In this document: in pieces, positions 50,519 through 62,629 of the stretch
Position numbering within the stretch: position 1 is the stretch's first letter
Layout: each line of letters opens with the position of its first letter
DNA from: Utricularia gibba
Lineage: Eukaryota; Plantae; Magnoliophyta
Assembly (NCBI GenBank): GCA_002189035.1
Contig: NEEC01000019.1
Span: 1,984,001-2,048,000, forward strand
DNA length: 64,000 nt
Direction: 5' to 3'
Translations under genes and position numbers: made by a program
Notes under the pieces: generated by a model
Seen by the model: the letters and a program-made list of their open reading frames with translations, nothing else
Told to the model about the DNA's origin: nothing
Databases searched by the model: none

Positions 50519-52715
50519 TTACACTCGGAGGTTGATGTTGTTCCTCGGTGGTTCCGCAAGAATCGTCAGCCGCCGCGCCGATCTCATGAACGTACTGCAT
50601 CAATATAAAGACGGCATGAGTTGACCGGAAAAAAAAACATGCATATCGTACACCAAATGGGAGTGTCCGGAGCTCACCCGAAAGGTTCATCGCCAAGTTT
50701 TCGGATGGCCCCTGTCGCGTCCCTGTAGACAACAAGGTTTGATGTCCTCTGAGCCTCGATGCGGAACAAGTCTTGGAGTTTTGATTGCAGTTCCTCGTAG
50801 CAACCAACAGAAGAAAGATCAACTGTGCGTCCCACATCGTCCGATTCCAGGAAGACTTTGCAGAGGCCATCAGTCTGCCCCTCGCACGGTGAGGGGGACG
50901 CTGAAGCAGAGAGCGCCTGTGCGTTGTTCTGATACAGGGCAAAGCCAGAACCATCGGAGGTATTTCCAAATTTATTATCCGATGAACTGTTGCTGGTTGG
51001 GGTAGGAGAAGCAGCATCATTCAGGCAGCCATGCGAAAGCTTGTTATCAGTAAGAATAGGCTGGCCGAAGAGCACAAACGAGGCTGTGGTTGGGGCAGAA
51101 GGTGACTTTGAATCATCTGATTTTGTGCACTGCTGAGCTGAGTTTCCCATAGACAGTAAACAAGAAATATTTTCATCTCTTCCGTGAATTGGAACAACTG
51201 GATTTAAAGCTTCGGACGAAAGGGGACAAGAGTCTAGCGTCATGAAGCAAGCAGAAGAGATGGCTGAAGGCTGTTTAGGTTGCTGGAAATATGAAGCTGG
51301 AAAACCATACTGAGCGTGCCTGGCTCCCTGCATGCCAGCAGGAGGAGAGCTGATCGGAACACATCCAAATATATTATTCGGCCGGAGAAGATGTTGGCTC
51401 GAAAACGAGGGCATGAAAATTTGTCCACCTAGAGGAAATTCTTGATGGGGCAGCCTGATCTTCTTTCCAGGATGTGAGAATGAAAAGGGAATTCCATGAA
51501 CGTTCGACACTAGCTCCACCAACCAAGGGCTCACTCGTTTCACGTTTTGCAAAAGATCTGGCTCATCCCAGCTCACCTACAATTCAACTAAAGCATCATC
51601 CAACACCTTACACTCAGTTTAAAATTAGAACTTAGATAACGGCTTACCTGAAGAAGCCTCCAAGGAGAATCAGGCCAAAGTATAGGATCGGCAACCTTAA
51701 CCGAAGAAATGGTCCCCATGAACCAACTTATTCTCGAGGAATCCTCCGTTTCAAAAGCCATCTTGAACCTCATACCTGGGGACCAGCATATTTGCAGGGC
51801 AACCTTAACTTGAGATGCTTTTACGCAAAACTCTGGAGTGCTAGCACGAGGATAGTAAATAACTTCAAATGGTTGTCCACTGGCAGCAAGAGTGGCTGCT
51901 TGTACCACATCTTCTGCTTTCACTCTTCCCCTGTTAATCCAACTTTCATCATGTCTGCTAAGCTTACCTTCATCATCCCCAAGAAACGCAGAAATGCCTC
52001 CACATTGCATTCCAGAGTTACCGCAAGCTGAGTTCCACCATGTCGGCATTTCTAATCCACTTCCAATCCCCTTCTTCGCCCGTCGAATTCCAACACAAAG
52101 ATCACCATTCTCAGCTCTCATAAACACAATAGAATCACCTGCAACAAGGCTCTTATGGTTCACAAATGTACTCCATCCTGTTGTCAATAGATGCCTCCTT
52201 GGAGTTCCTCTGTATATATGCCTGAACTTCCATATCTCTCCATGAACATCTTTCGCTATAATCGTCTGCACTGGAGGATCTGCATTGTAATCCAGTCTAG
52301 GAAATATTGTCTCAGCACAGTACCTCGGAACTGAGAATCCTCCACCATTGTTTGCATCAGACTGCGTCAGGGTCTTAGCAAACGATGTGGCTTTATCCTG
52401 ATTTCCAGAGCCACTAACGGTTGCAACCTCATTACCATCAAAGCCTGACTCATTCCCGTTTAACGGAACTAATCTAATCTTCGCAAAAACTTCATCAGTC
52501 TCTCGATCTGCTAAAAACTTCACTGCAGAAACTCTACATGGGATGTAGGCAGGAACTCGAGGACATTTCCTGAAATCAACATAACCAGAAGCATGCTCCG
52601 AGTGGCCCTGTGGGAAATAAAAGACGCTTGAATTCACACACGGCATTTGCACCATGCTTCCAGCACAAGCGTGCCATAACTGAGAGTCTAAACAGTGCTC
52701 TTCCTTAGACTCCAT
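50519..52715 (-). CDS. ARF16: Auxin response factor, clade C (ARF10/16 type); 3 exons (52715-51648, 51576-50678, 50594-50519)
   Basis: LDSQLWHACAG, B3 domain FAKTLTQSDANNGGGFSVPRYCAE...HIYRGTPRRHLLTTGWS, RVSPWLVELV, AGMQGARH, PB1 remnant CKVFLES...GDEPF...RRLTIL. Confidence 0.92.
51317..51337 (-). promoter_or_regulatory. miR160 target site in the ARF mRNA
   Basis: The mRNA reads UGGCAUGCAGGGAGCCAGGCA, complementary to miR160 UGCCUGGCUCCCUGUAUGCCA with only one G:U wobble. Confidence 0.93.
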
Positions 52716-53173
52716 ATAACAGGTCACTGAAACCAATAGGCAAAAATAACCGATGAAGAAAAATCTGGAGTCAAAGGCCTCATTTCACATCTCTGAACTA
52801 TTGAAACAATCAGAACTGCTCAGAAACAACTTCCGATGTGAATATATGACCTCAAATCTGAAGAAGAAATCTCTGATTCATGTGGTTAACTTTTCGCCCA
52901 AAAAAATCAATTCCCGAAAGAAAACGTGGGAAACAAGCGAAAATCTCAATTCCCCGCTCCTCCATTACTGAACAGAGAAAACACACCTCAAACGCCTGAA
53001 ACAGCAAATCTCGCCACGAGACACAAAATCAACAACGAAATCGAAAGGAATAGACTCAGAACAAAACGAAAAGTAAGAAGACTGAGTGAAAACGCGATGG
53101 TTGTGTTGTTTCGCTTCAGCTCTCCCAATCTACCCACAAAAATACTCCCACAACTCACACCCCCTTTACCCCG

Positions 53174-53193
53174 CTCTCTCTCTCTCTCTCTCT
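53174..53193. repeat. (CT)10 microsatellite upstream of the ARF coding region
   Basis: Read directly. Confidence 0.9.
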
Positions 53194-55490
53194 AAGGTTA
53201 CGTAGGTACAGAACACAGCTATAGATGTATGTATACATAAACATATGTCTTATCTACAAAATGCCCATACAAAGAAAGCGTCTTTCATCGAGTCCTTCTC
53301 TTTTCCTTTTCCACCTGACCAGACAGTTTTTTCCCCCTTGCCCTTTTTCGCCCCACTGTAAAAAATCCCACTTTTTTCAAGAGCCTCATCAACACAGCAA
53401 CAAAAACACACCCCCTGCTGCTGCTCTTCGTCTTCTGTAGATCTAAAAGTAGATTCTGATTCCCCCATCTTTCTTCCAGAGCCCCAAAAGACCTACTCCC
53501 CAGTTCCAGAATCCAGAACAAACAACCCACGCAAATTATACTGTAATAGATGGGGTTATTATATTAATACTTTCATTCTGCTGCACAGTTGTCCATTAGG
53601 GCGGGCAGTTTCATTATTTAATGAACTTGGCTGTCCAATCAGCGAGTGAATCCCAAGTCTACTGCTGCTCCCATCCGATGTGAACTGCTTAAACCATGAT
53701 TTAATATAAAAATTATAAATTGGGAATTGAATGGGTTTTGGGCGGCGCTTTCGTCCCAAAAACAACACATAATTATTTTGAGATTCAAGATCAATTTTAT
53801 CATAATTAAAAACATTATAAACTATTTTCATCCGATTTTAAAATATTATAAAATAAATTATATATGATTTTGAAATTAACAAAATGATTAATAAAAGTTA
53901 CATTTTTATTCTTTTATTTAATTCAAATAAACTAAATACTTTATATCATAATTCCGTATATCAAACAATCTCTTAACCATAGTTTACGTAGTCCTGTTGA
54001 CTACTGAGTACAAAATAGAATCTCGACGCCATTTATATCAATAGATTCTCAAAATTACATTCCATTGCCCTGGATTTTTTGTTAAAAAAAAAAGAAGAAA
54101 TAGAAAAGGAATCCATGTTGACTATATAAAATTGTGGTTGGTTACATAAACACAGTCTAAATAGGCGAGTAGTTTACACTCCAGCGCATACATTCGTCAT
54201 AATGGATCCGATCCGTCGTGTTTACTGTTTTCCCAAAAGGACAAAAAAAAGGATAAGGGACCAAGTGTAGATGTTATTTGGGAAAAAGAGGCGGACGGAC
54301 AAAATAGGCATCAGCGAATAATGCAATTTTTTATTCATGGAACCAACAACCCTAACTACCAACCAACGTCCTTTAACTTTCCAATTCCAACATAATTTCT
54401 TACGTGTGTTCCTTCAATAAATCAAGCACACACATGAGGCATCGCATCTGCCCTGTGCCTGAGCCTGAGCCTGTGCCGACGCTTTAAATAACACATTATC
54501 GCTTTGTTTTTTTTTAAGAAGCATACCGAGTGACAGACAACGCTTGCCCTTCACTAACAAAAGTGTTGGTTCATTCGCTTTTCCCGAGTATCGCTTTCCC
54601 TTTTGAAATCCCGCAAACTCGAAGAAAGGCTACTGCCAGCCATTTTTCATAATATTGTCCGAATCCAATAAATGTTTATTTGGTTAGCCACTTCGATTTT
54701 TCAACTCTATTTAGAAAATATATTTTCTTTTTTTACAGTTGTGTAAAACATACATGGCTCAGTGCAGTGCAGTCCCGGAACCGTAAGCCGGTCCCAACAA
54801 CGAACATGTGGCGAGCTCCCAAAAGTGGCATGGCGTTATGCGAGTTCGTGCACAAGTACAAGTCGTAACATCATATGTCTTCTTTTTTCTTTTAAAGACT
54901 CGAGTGTAAGATTCGAAAGACTCTTACACGGAGTATGAGAATAGCACTTCCTTTTTCCCCAAAAAAAAAATGTAATATTGAGGAGGCAGTTGATGGATTG
55001 TTGTATTGCATTGCAGTGCAGAGGCTCATTTATGTTTATGAGGAGAGACGTGGATGGGGGGGGAGTGAGTAAAGAGAGTGATGAGGACCTGAGAAAAGGC
55101 TTGTCTGGACTGGGAATGGAATCTGGAATCTGGGAGAGAGTTGCACTTAACTCAGTAGCCTCGCCTCGCCTCGCGAAACTAAGCCAACCCATCAATCCAT
55201 GCCCACTGCTCCGCGACTAAACGACGATTATCTCCTGCGCTGCGCTGCACTGTACTGCTCTGCACTGCACCCCCCCTGTGCTCCTGCGCTGCGCTGCGCA
55301 GCTCCCAGAATCATTCCATTTTCAAGTCTACAATAACTCACCGCACCGCACTAGATTCCATATTCCAGTATAAAGTTATGCATCAATGAATAGTGAGTGT
55401 ATGTAGAGTAAATTATTTGAGAGTGTGGCGGGTGAGGCTGAGGCTGAGCCCCGACTCCGAGGGATGGAGGCCCACTACAAGCGTGTGTAT

Positions 55491-55512
55491 GTGTGTGTGT
55501 GTGTGTGTGTGT
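55491..55512. repeat. (GT)11 microsatellite
   Basis: Read directly. Confidence 0.9.
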
Positions 55513-56045
55513 TGCCCCACGACAGCACCTACTCAAGTCGACCCACATCCCGGGGGGCGCCACCCCCTATTACTCTTACTATCCTCCTCGTCCTCGTGCC
55601 ACTGCCCCCGGTTCCTACTGCCTACTACATACGTGTTGTTTTTTTAAAAATCTTTCTTTCTAAAATAGAATATGAGAAACCTTCAAGAGTGACTGACGTC
55701 AGGATTGTTGGATGGAGCGTGGGGATTTGTTTATGTTTATATGGATCAAAACTCTCCTCGTATGAGTATTTTAATTAACTAAATTTTTATACATCAGTTG
55801 AAGCATAATAATACTTTATGCATGTATGTATATAATTATATTTTTAAACTCTCCCACAACCAAAATGAAAAATCAAGAGTATTTTTTGTTTGGGAGTTGG
55901 GACAATCGGAAGGCGTGGGGTGGCAAATAATTCACAGCACGATGACAGAGACAGACAGAGAGACGAGTGGTGAATTAGAAAGAGAATTTTTAGGGGCAGG
56001 GCAGCAATGATGACCATCGCATCGCGTCGCGCTGGTGAATTGGAT

Positions 56046-56077
56046 TTCCTTCCTTCCTTCCTTCCTTCCTTCCTTCC
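56046..56077. repeat. (TTCC)8 microsatellite
   Basis: Read directly. Confidence 0.9.
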
Positions 56078-57507
56078 ACTATACAAAACAGTAGAGTACA
56101 CCAAGTCGAGTCCGCAGGCAGTTTGGCGATAGGGTTGTGGAGGGCACAATCGCGCAAGCACAGGACAGCCCCTGGCTGTGGTTTCCTTTATTTTGAAAAA
56201 AAAAAAAGTAGTGATGCGATGCTGCTGCTGGTGGTGGAAAAGGAAAGGGAGTTTTAGTGGGGGTGAACAGACAGTGAGGTCCAGTTGACCTGCAGCCTGC
56301 AGGAGCAGGGGGCGCTGATCTCTCCTTTCCTCTTCTCTCCTCACAGGAGGAGGAGGAGCAAGACAAAGGAAGGATGTGGCCCTCACCCTCACCCTAGGGC
56401 CTGCGCCTACCACTACTCACCACTGTCTGTGTTGTTGTGTGTGCCGCTGGCGACACCCCCAATTACTCAAATCACCGTTTATTCACCTTCACTTTTTGAC
56501 ATCTCATAAAATTAGAATTTGTCAAATAACTGAGTTTGGTTTATGATTTGCGAAATAACTCACTTTTTTATGAAAATTTACAAAATAAATATCATTTATA
56601 TCGCACTTGAATTCAATTTTCCTTTTTTAAAAATATTTTTCTCAAAAAAAATTAAAATCTTATTCTATCTTTTGTGTGGTAGAAAAATCGGTGTAGTAGA
56701 AGGATTCTTTTTATTTATTTATTGTAAATCGGGTATTTTAAGTGGCTCCGTTTTACCGATTTATGAGATTATGATTAAGATGCTAAAGAAAACATTAAAA
56801 TGAAATTAGGATTTTTACCTTAAAATTACCGCAATGGAAAACCTCGACGTTAGGTGAATTCACTGGAAGAATGGTTTTATCAGGGAGAAGAGAAAAAATT
56901 AAAAAAGGGGCGTAGAGAGAATAGAATATGTTTCCTCTTAGTTGAGTTCCTATTTATAGGAGAGTTTCGATTGATCAATTTTTGAGAATGTTGGCTATTT
57001 TTTACACTTGACATGATAAGTTTGATCTTGGTTTGTTATCATATTGACAGATAACCGGCGCGTATTCTTTGCATACGGGCTACTTTTAAGATTGCCGCTT
57101 ATTGGGGCTTCCGACAAGTCTGTTCGGACTCGGACTCGGGCATCCGCCTCCGGGCTGTTTTTACGAGTTAATCCAGATTTCCCACAGATCCGAGCGGGTC
57201 CACGTATAGTAATCACGACACTACCTTAATTAGTTAATATAAGTGCCAGCCCAAAACGGACAAGATTTAGGAAGGAGGCCCAATTTAGAAGTCTGGGCCC
57301 AGTCCATTAAGCACTCGTTTTAACCGCCAAGTTTGATGATGGCGCGTTCTCCGACAGACTCGGGCACTCGCGCGATTCCACCTGCAGATGTTCAACGCTA
57401 AACTGATCGCCATCCTCAACCTATCCCATCTTGTGTTCGGCATTCTCCTGTTATATGCTTCCTCGAATCCCTCACCAACAACTGCAAACTAGCCCCATTC
57501 TCCACTG

Positions 57508-59590
57508 ATGGCTTTGATGAAGCTTGGCTCCAAAGCCGAAGCTTTTCACCGCGATGGCCAAACATGGTCGCCGGATTTGAGTGTTCTATTGTTTGATTCA
57601 ATTCATCTATAGGTTTGATTCTCACTTCCGGCTCTCTTTATTTTTTTCGCAGGCGCTGCAATTCTGGGCTCTTGAGCGATGTTTCAATTGAAATTGGGGA
57701 AATGTCGTTTCATCTCCATAAGGTGGTGGATGAGTTTCATCAATTCTTGTCTTTCTTTGTTGATGGATCAAACTAGCTTTTAAAATGGCACTGTTTTTTG
57801 TTTTATCAGTTCCCATTGTTATCGAGAAGCGGGCTGTTGGAGAAGATGATCGAAGAATCGACTTTCACGGATGGATCGTCCTGTATTGTTCAATTGAATC
57901 AATTACCAGGGGGCGCTAAAAGTTTCGATCTCATCGCCAAATTCTGTTACGGCGTCAAAATCGAGCTCACTTCAATGAATGTGGTCTGTCTCCGGTGCGC
58001 GGCGGAGTATCTCGAGATGACGGAGGAGTATGGAGAAGGGAACATGATCGTACAAACGGAATCGTTTCTCAAAGAGGTGTTCGAGAATTGGACTGATACA
58101 ATCAAAGCTCTGGAAACATGTGAAGAAGTTCTTCCACATGCTGAGGAGCTCCACATTATATCTAGATGCATAAACTCCCTAGCTATGAAAGCTTGCTCCG
58201 ACCAAAAGCTGTTCAATTGGCCGGTTTCCGGCTCCAACGATGCTGCGCGATCGGAATCTTGGAATGGGATTTCGACTTACTCTAAGACACAGCAGCAACT
58301 AGGCGAGGATTGGTGGTATGAAGATGTCTCGTTCCTCAGTTTGCCTCTCTACAAACGTCTCATTCAGGCTGTGGAATCTTCTGGGATGAAACCAGAGAAT
58401 ATCGCCGGAGCTTTGATATTTTACGCGAAGAAATACATTCCCCAGATGAACAAACAGTCCAGCTTCAAGAATCCAACTTCAGGGTCCACCATTTCTATTC
58501 CGTCTGAAGCTGATCAAGGTGCTCTTCTCGAAGAAATAGTTGGGTTGTTACCTGCCCAAAAAGGTGTAATCCAATCCAGGTTTCTTCTACGGCTACTTAG
58601 GACAGCGATGGCTCTCCAGACAAGCCAAGCATGCAGAGACAACTTGGAAAAGAGAGTTGGTTATCAGATGGACCAGGCTTCTTTGGAAGATCTTCTGGTT
58701 CCCAACATGGGATATTGTGTGGAAACTGTGTACGACATTGATTGTTTTCATAGGATTCTCGAGCATTTCATGTCAATGGAGCAAGAAGGTTCAAGATCTT
58801 CTTCTCCCTGCATCGTGGAAGAGGTTGCTGAAGGAGCTCATTCATTGACATCCCTGACGATGGTCGCAAATTTGGTGGATTCATACCTATCAGAAGTTGC
58901 TGCGGATGTTAATCTCAAGTTTCCGAAGTTCCAGTCCATCGGCGCCACAGTGCCTGACTATGCACGGCCTGTTTCCGATGGGATTTATCGCGCCATTGAC
59001 ATTTACCTCAAGGTACATTTCGAGAATAACAACACCTGAGCCAAATCAATAAATTATCTTTATTGAAAACTTCATCGAGGTGTCCTTTCAATAAATAGGC
59101 CCATCCATGGCTGACGGATGCTGAACGGGAGCAAATCTGCAGAGTGATGAATTTCCAGAAACTGTCGCTAGATGCAACTACCCACGCAGCACAAAACGAG
59201 AGGCTTCCACTGAGGGTGATCGTGCAAGTTCTGTTCTTCGAGCAATTGAAACTTCGAACGTCGATCTCCGGCTGGTTGTTCCTATCCGATAACCCGGAAA
59301 ACTCCCAAATCGCAAATTCCGTGTTGGGGGTGGGTAAGCAAGACGGTAGTGGGGCTGTGGATATGAGGGAACGGGTGAGCGCACTGGAGAAGGAGTGCAG
59401 GAGCATGAAGGAGGAGTTTCAGAAGCTGGAGAAGACGAGGAGGAGCTGGAACATCTTCTGCAGGAGGAACTCAAAGCAATACTTGGATCCAAAATCGACA
59501 AAAAATTGCACTGTACTGCAGGTTCCGCCGCCGCCGCTTCCGTGTTCTCCAGGCGACATGAAATTTTCTGGGAACGCACAAAATAAGTGA
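57508..59590 (+). CDS. BTB/POZ-NPH3 (NRL family) protein; 4 exons (57508-57566, 57653-57722, 57810-59012, 59099-59590)
   Basis: MALMKLGSKAEAFHRDGQTW|...SFHLHK|FPLLSRSG, LPGGAKSFDLIAKFCYG, DWWYED, DGIYRAIDIYLK|AHPWL, HAAQNERLPLRVIVQVLFFEQL. Confidence 0.93.
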
Positions 59591-60467
59591 TAACATTTGA
59601 TCCGGGTCGATTTGTTCATCTCCAAATTGATTGGCTATATAATACTATTTTGTAATTGATATCAAAATAGTTGATTTTAAATAATTATTTTTATTTCCTT
59701 AATATATAAAAAATTATAAATATAAAACTAGTGATTTAGTAACCGTATCTTACGTTGTAAAATACAGGAAGAGATATGTTTAAATAAAATAACAATTCTA
59801 ATACTTGGGAGATGCATCCAGCTTCATTGGGCCTCATCGTGGGCACCAAGGTATCCAAATAGTGAGCTGAGCTAGCTTACGTTCTCGTAGGGATGGAGCT
59901 CAGGGCCCACAATCGCAACCTCCTACTCCTACTCTGTGCTGGACCAGCCCATATTCTGCTCCACCAAAAAAGTATAACTTCTACTCAGGGAATCGATCCA
60001 CTTGACAGGCCGGTAAGAGCCCACTGTTAAAATGCAATAAAAAAGCCCACACCCTTTCAGTGCAACACCGTTGGTTTAATCCGCGTGGAGCAGGAGGGTC
60101 ATGTAATGAGTCGCATTCATTACCGCAGTAAACCTGCAAAGCATTGCATATGCGTTGTTACACACAACTGATTTCGATTTCAAGTGTTTTATTTTGAGTC
60201 TAGTAATTTGTCACAAAATTTATAAACATTTGAAATTTTGTTTCAAACAAGTGACCGTTGGAATCCACACGTGGCGACCACGTGTCCCTCCCCATCCCAT
60301 CTACGGATTCTCCAGTATTTGCAGGGACGTCCCTCCAGACCCACAATTTTACATTCTTGCATCCATATCGTTGCCTGTTGCTCCACTCTTTTTCGCATCT
60401 CCATTCTCTCTCCAACCCGGCATTTAGTGCGTCCTCCGTCCTCCGATGGAAGTCTGAAGGAGATAAA

Positions 60468-62629
60468 ATGGGGGGGTCGATTCTTTCCGGCAGGTTGGTC
60501 GTTTGTTTCGTGGTTATTCTCATGTTCGCCCGCAGGGATCCAACAGCGGCGATAGAGTTTGACTTCGGTACACTGACACTGTCCACCTTGAAGCTCATCG
60601 GCGACGCACATTTGAGCAACGGGAGCGTGAGATTGACTCGCGACGTCGGCGTGCCGTACTCCGGCGCCGGCAAGGTCGTATATTCCAAGCCCGTGATTTT
60701 CCGCCGACCTGGTACTCTCTCCAAGGCGAGCTTCTCGACATTCTTCTCGTTTTCAGTAACCAACTTGAATCCATCTTCAATCGGCGGTGGATTAGCCTTC
60801 CTCATCTCGTCGGACGGCGAGTACGTCGGCGACGCTGGCGGGTACATGGGAATAATGAATGCCACTGGGCCCCGAAACGGCGTCGTGGCCGTGGAGTTCG
60901 ATACTCAAATGGATGTCGAATTCAAGGACATAAACGGGAATCATGTGGGTTTGGATCTGGGTTCCATGATTTCTTCTCGAATCGGTGATTTGGACGCCGC
61001 CGGAGTTGATCTGAAAAGCGGGGATCTCGTTAATTCGTGGGTGGATTACTCTGGCTCCACCGGAGAAATCGAGGTCTATGTTTCATATTCGAACTCAAAG
61101 CCTAGAGAACCCATTGTCTCCACTATCGTTGATTTTGATAACCACTTGGACAAAGATTTCACCTATGTAGGTTTCAGTGGATCCACACAGGGTAGCACAG
61201 AAATTCATACAATTCAATGGTGGAGTTTCCGATCGTTTTTCGAAGATGACATCTCGCAGCCTCCTCCGCCGTCTGCTGCCACTGATCAAGCAACAAAGTC
61301 GCACTCCACCTCGCATTCCGCCGCTGCCGAAACCAGCGCAAAGTGTGCTGGCGCGGTGGCTGGAGTAGTTACCGCCGGCGCATTCTTGCTTGGCCTCTGC
61401 GGCGTAGCCTTGGTATGGTTTCACAGAAAGAAATACAAACCGGAGAAGAAACCTGTTACTCTGGCCTCTGAAGTCGTCAAAATGCCGAAAGAATTCAGCT
61501 ACAGAGAGCTGCTGATCGCGACAAAAGGATTCAATTCTTCAAGGATAGTAGGCCACGGCGCATTTGGAACTGTCTACAGAGGAGTTTTACCTGATTCAGG
61601 CGGCCTCGTCGCCGTGAAACGGTGCGGAAACAGTGGTCAGGGGAAAGCAGAATTCCTATCGGAGTTGTCGATAATCGGATCTCTCAGACACAGAAATCTC
61701 GTCAGACTTCAGGGATGGTGTCACGAGAAGCGTGAAAGCTTGCTAGTTTATGATCTTATGACAAATGGCAGTCTGGATAAAGCTCTATTCGAGTCAAGAA
61801 CGCCATTGCCATGGCCGCAGAGGAAGAAAATTTTGCTTGGAGTTGCATCGGCTTTAACATATCTGCACCAAGAATGCGAGAATCAAGTCATCCACCGGGA
61901 TATCAAAACCAGCAACATCATGCTCGATGAAGGGTTCAATGCGAGACTAGGCGATTTCGGATTGGCACGGCAAATCGAGCACGACAAATCCCCAGACGCA
62001 ACGGTTGCCGCCGGCACAATGGGCTATTTGGCCCCGAATACCTAATCAACGGCCGCGCCACCGAGAAAACGGATGTATTCAGCTTTGGCGCGGTGGTTCT
62101 TGAGGTAGCGAGTGGGCGGAGGCCGATCGAGAAGGAAGTGGTGGGCGATGGAAAAGTTGGTGCAACCGCCAATTTAGTGGATTGGGTTTGGAGTTTACAC
62201 AGTGAAGGCCGGGTGATCGCAGCGGCGGATCCACTGCTGGAGAATCAATTCGAGGAAGGAGATATGAGAAGAACATTATCCGTTGGGCTTGCCTGCTCCC
62301 ACCCGGATCCCACTTGTCGGCCGGCGATGAGAACGGTGGTGCAGATCCTGATCGGAGAGGCCGATATTCCTGTTATCCCGAGAACGAAGCCGAGTTTCAG
62401 CTTCACGACATCGGAGCTTCTAGTAAACCTGGAAGACACCATCTCCGACTTGAACGGAATGGTGGCCATGTCGTCGACATCGTCATCGGAGAACAGCTTC
62501 CCTATCCTATCCCTGGGAGGGGGAGGGGAGGGGGTTAAACGCTCATTAAATACAGTAGATTTTGTGTTAATTATTAGTAGGTGTGGTAATTATTGGCTCA
62601 TAACTATTTATTTCATTTGGTATAATTAA
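60468..62629 (+). CDS. L-type lectin receptor kinase (LecRK-VIII type); intronless, with an apparent 1-nt deletion at 62032-62035; true stop may be near 62538
   Basis: Signal peptide, legume lectin domain (AVEFDT, NHVGLDL, GFSGSTQG), TM helix, kinase GHGAFG, AVKR, HRDIKTSN, DFG, GTMGYLAP-[fs]-EY, TDVFSFG. Confidence 0.9.

Noticed and set aside
56265-56435. ACAGACAGTG / CACTGTCTGT inverted pair as a possible pre-miRNA
   Set aside because: Only 10 bp pair, the stem does not extend, and there is no match to conserved miRNA families I know.
58670-58682. GGACCAGGCTTC, a 12-nt match to miR166
   Set aside because: It is inside the NRL coding exon in the sense orientation with no hairpin, so it is neither a target site nor a precursor.
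36084-62036. Programmed ribosomal frameshifting as an explanation for the ENPP and LecRK split ORFs
   Set aside because: There are no slippery heptamers or stimulatory structures, these families are not known to use recoding, and indel error or mutation is simpler.
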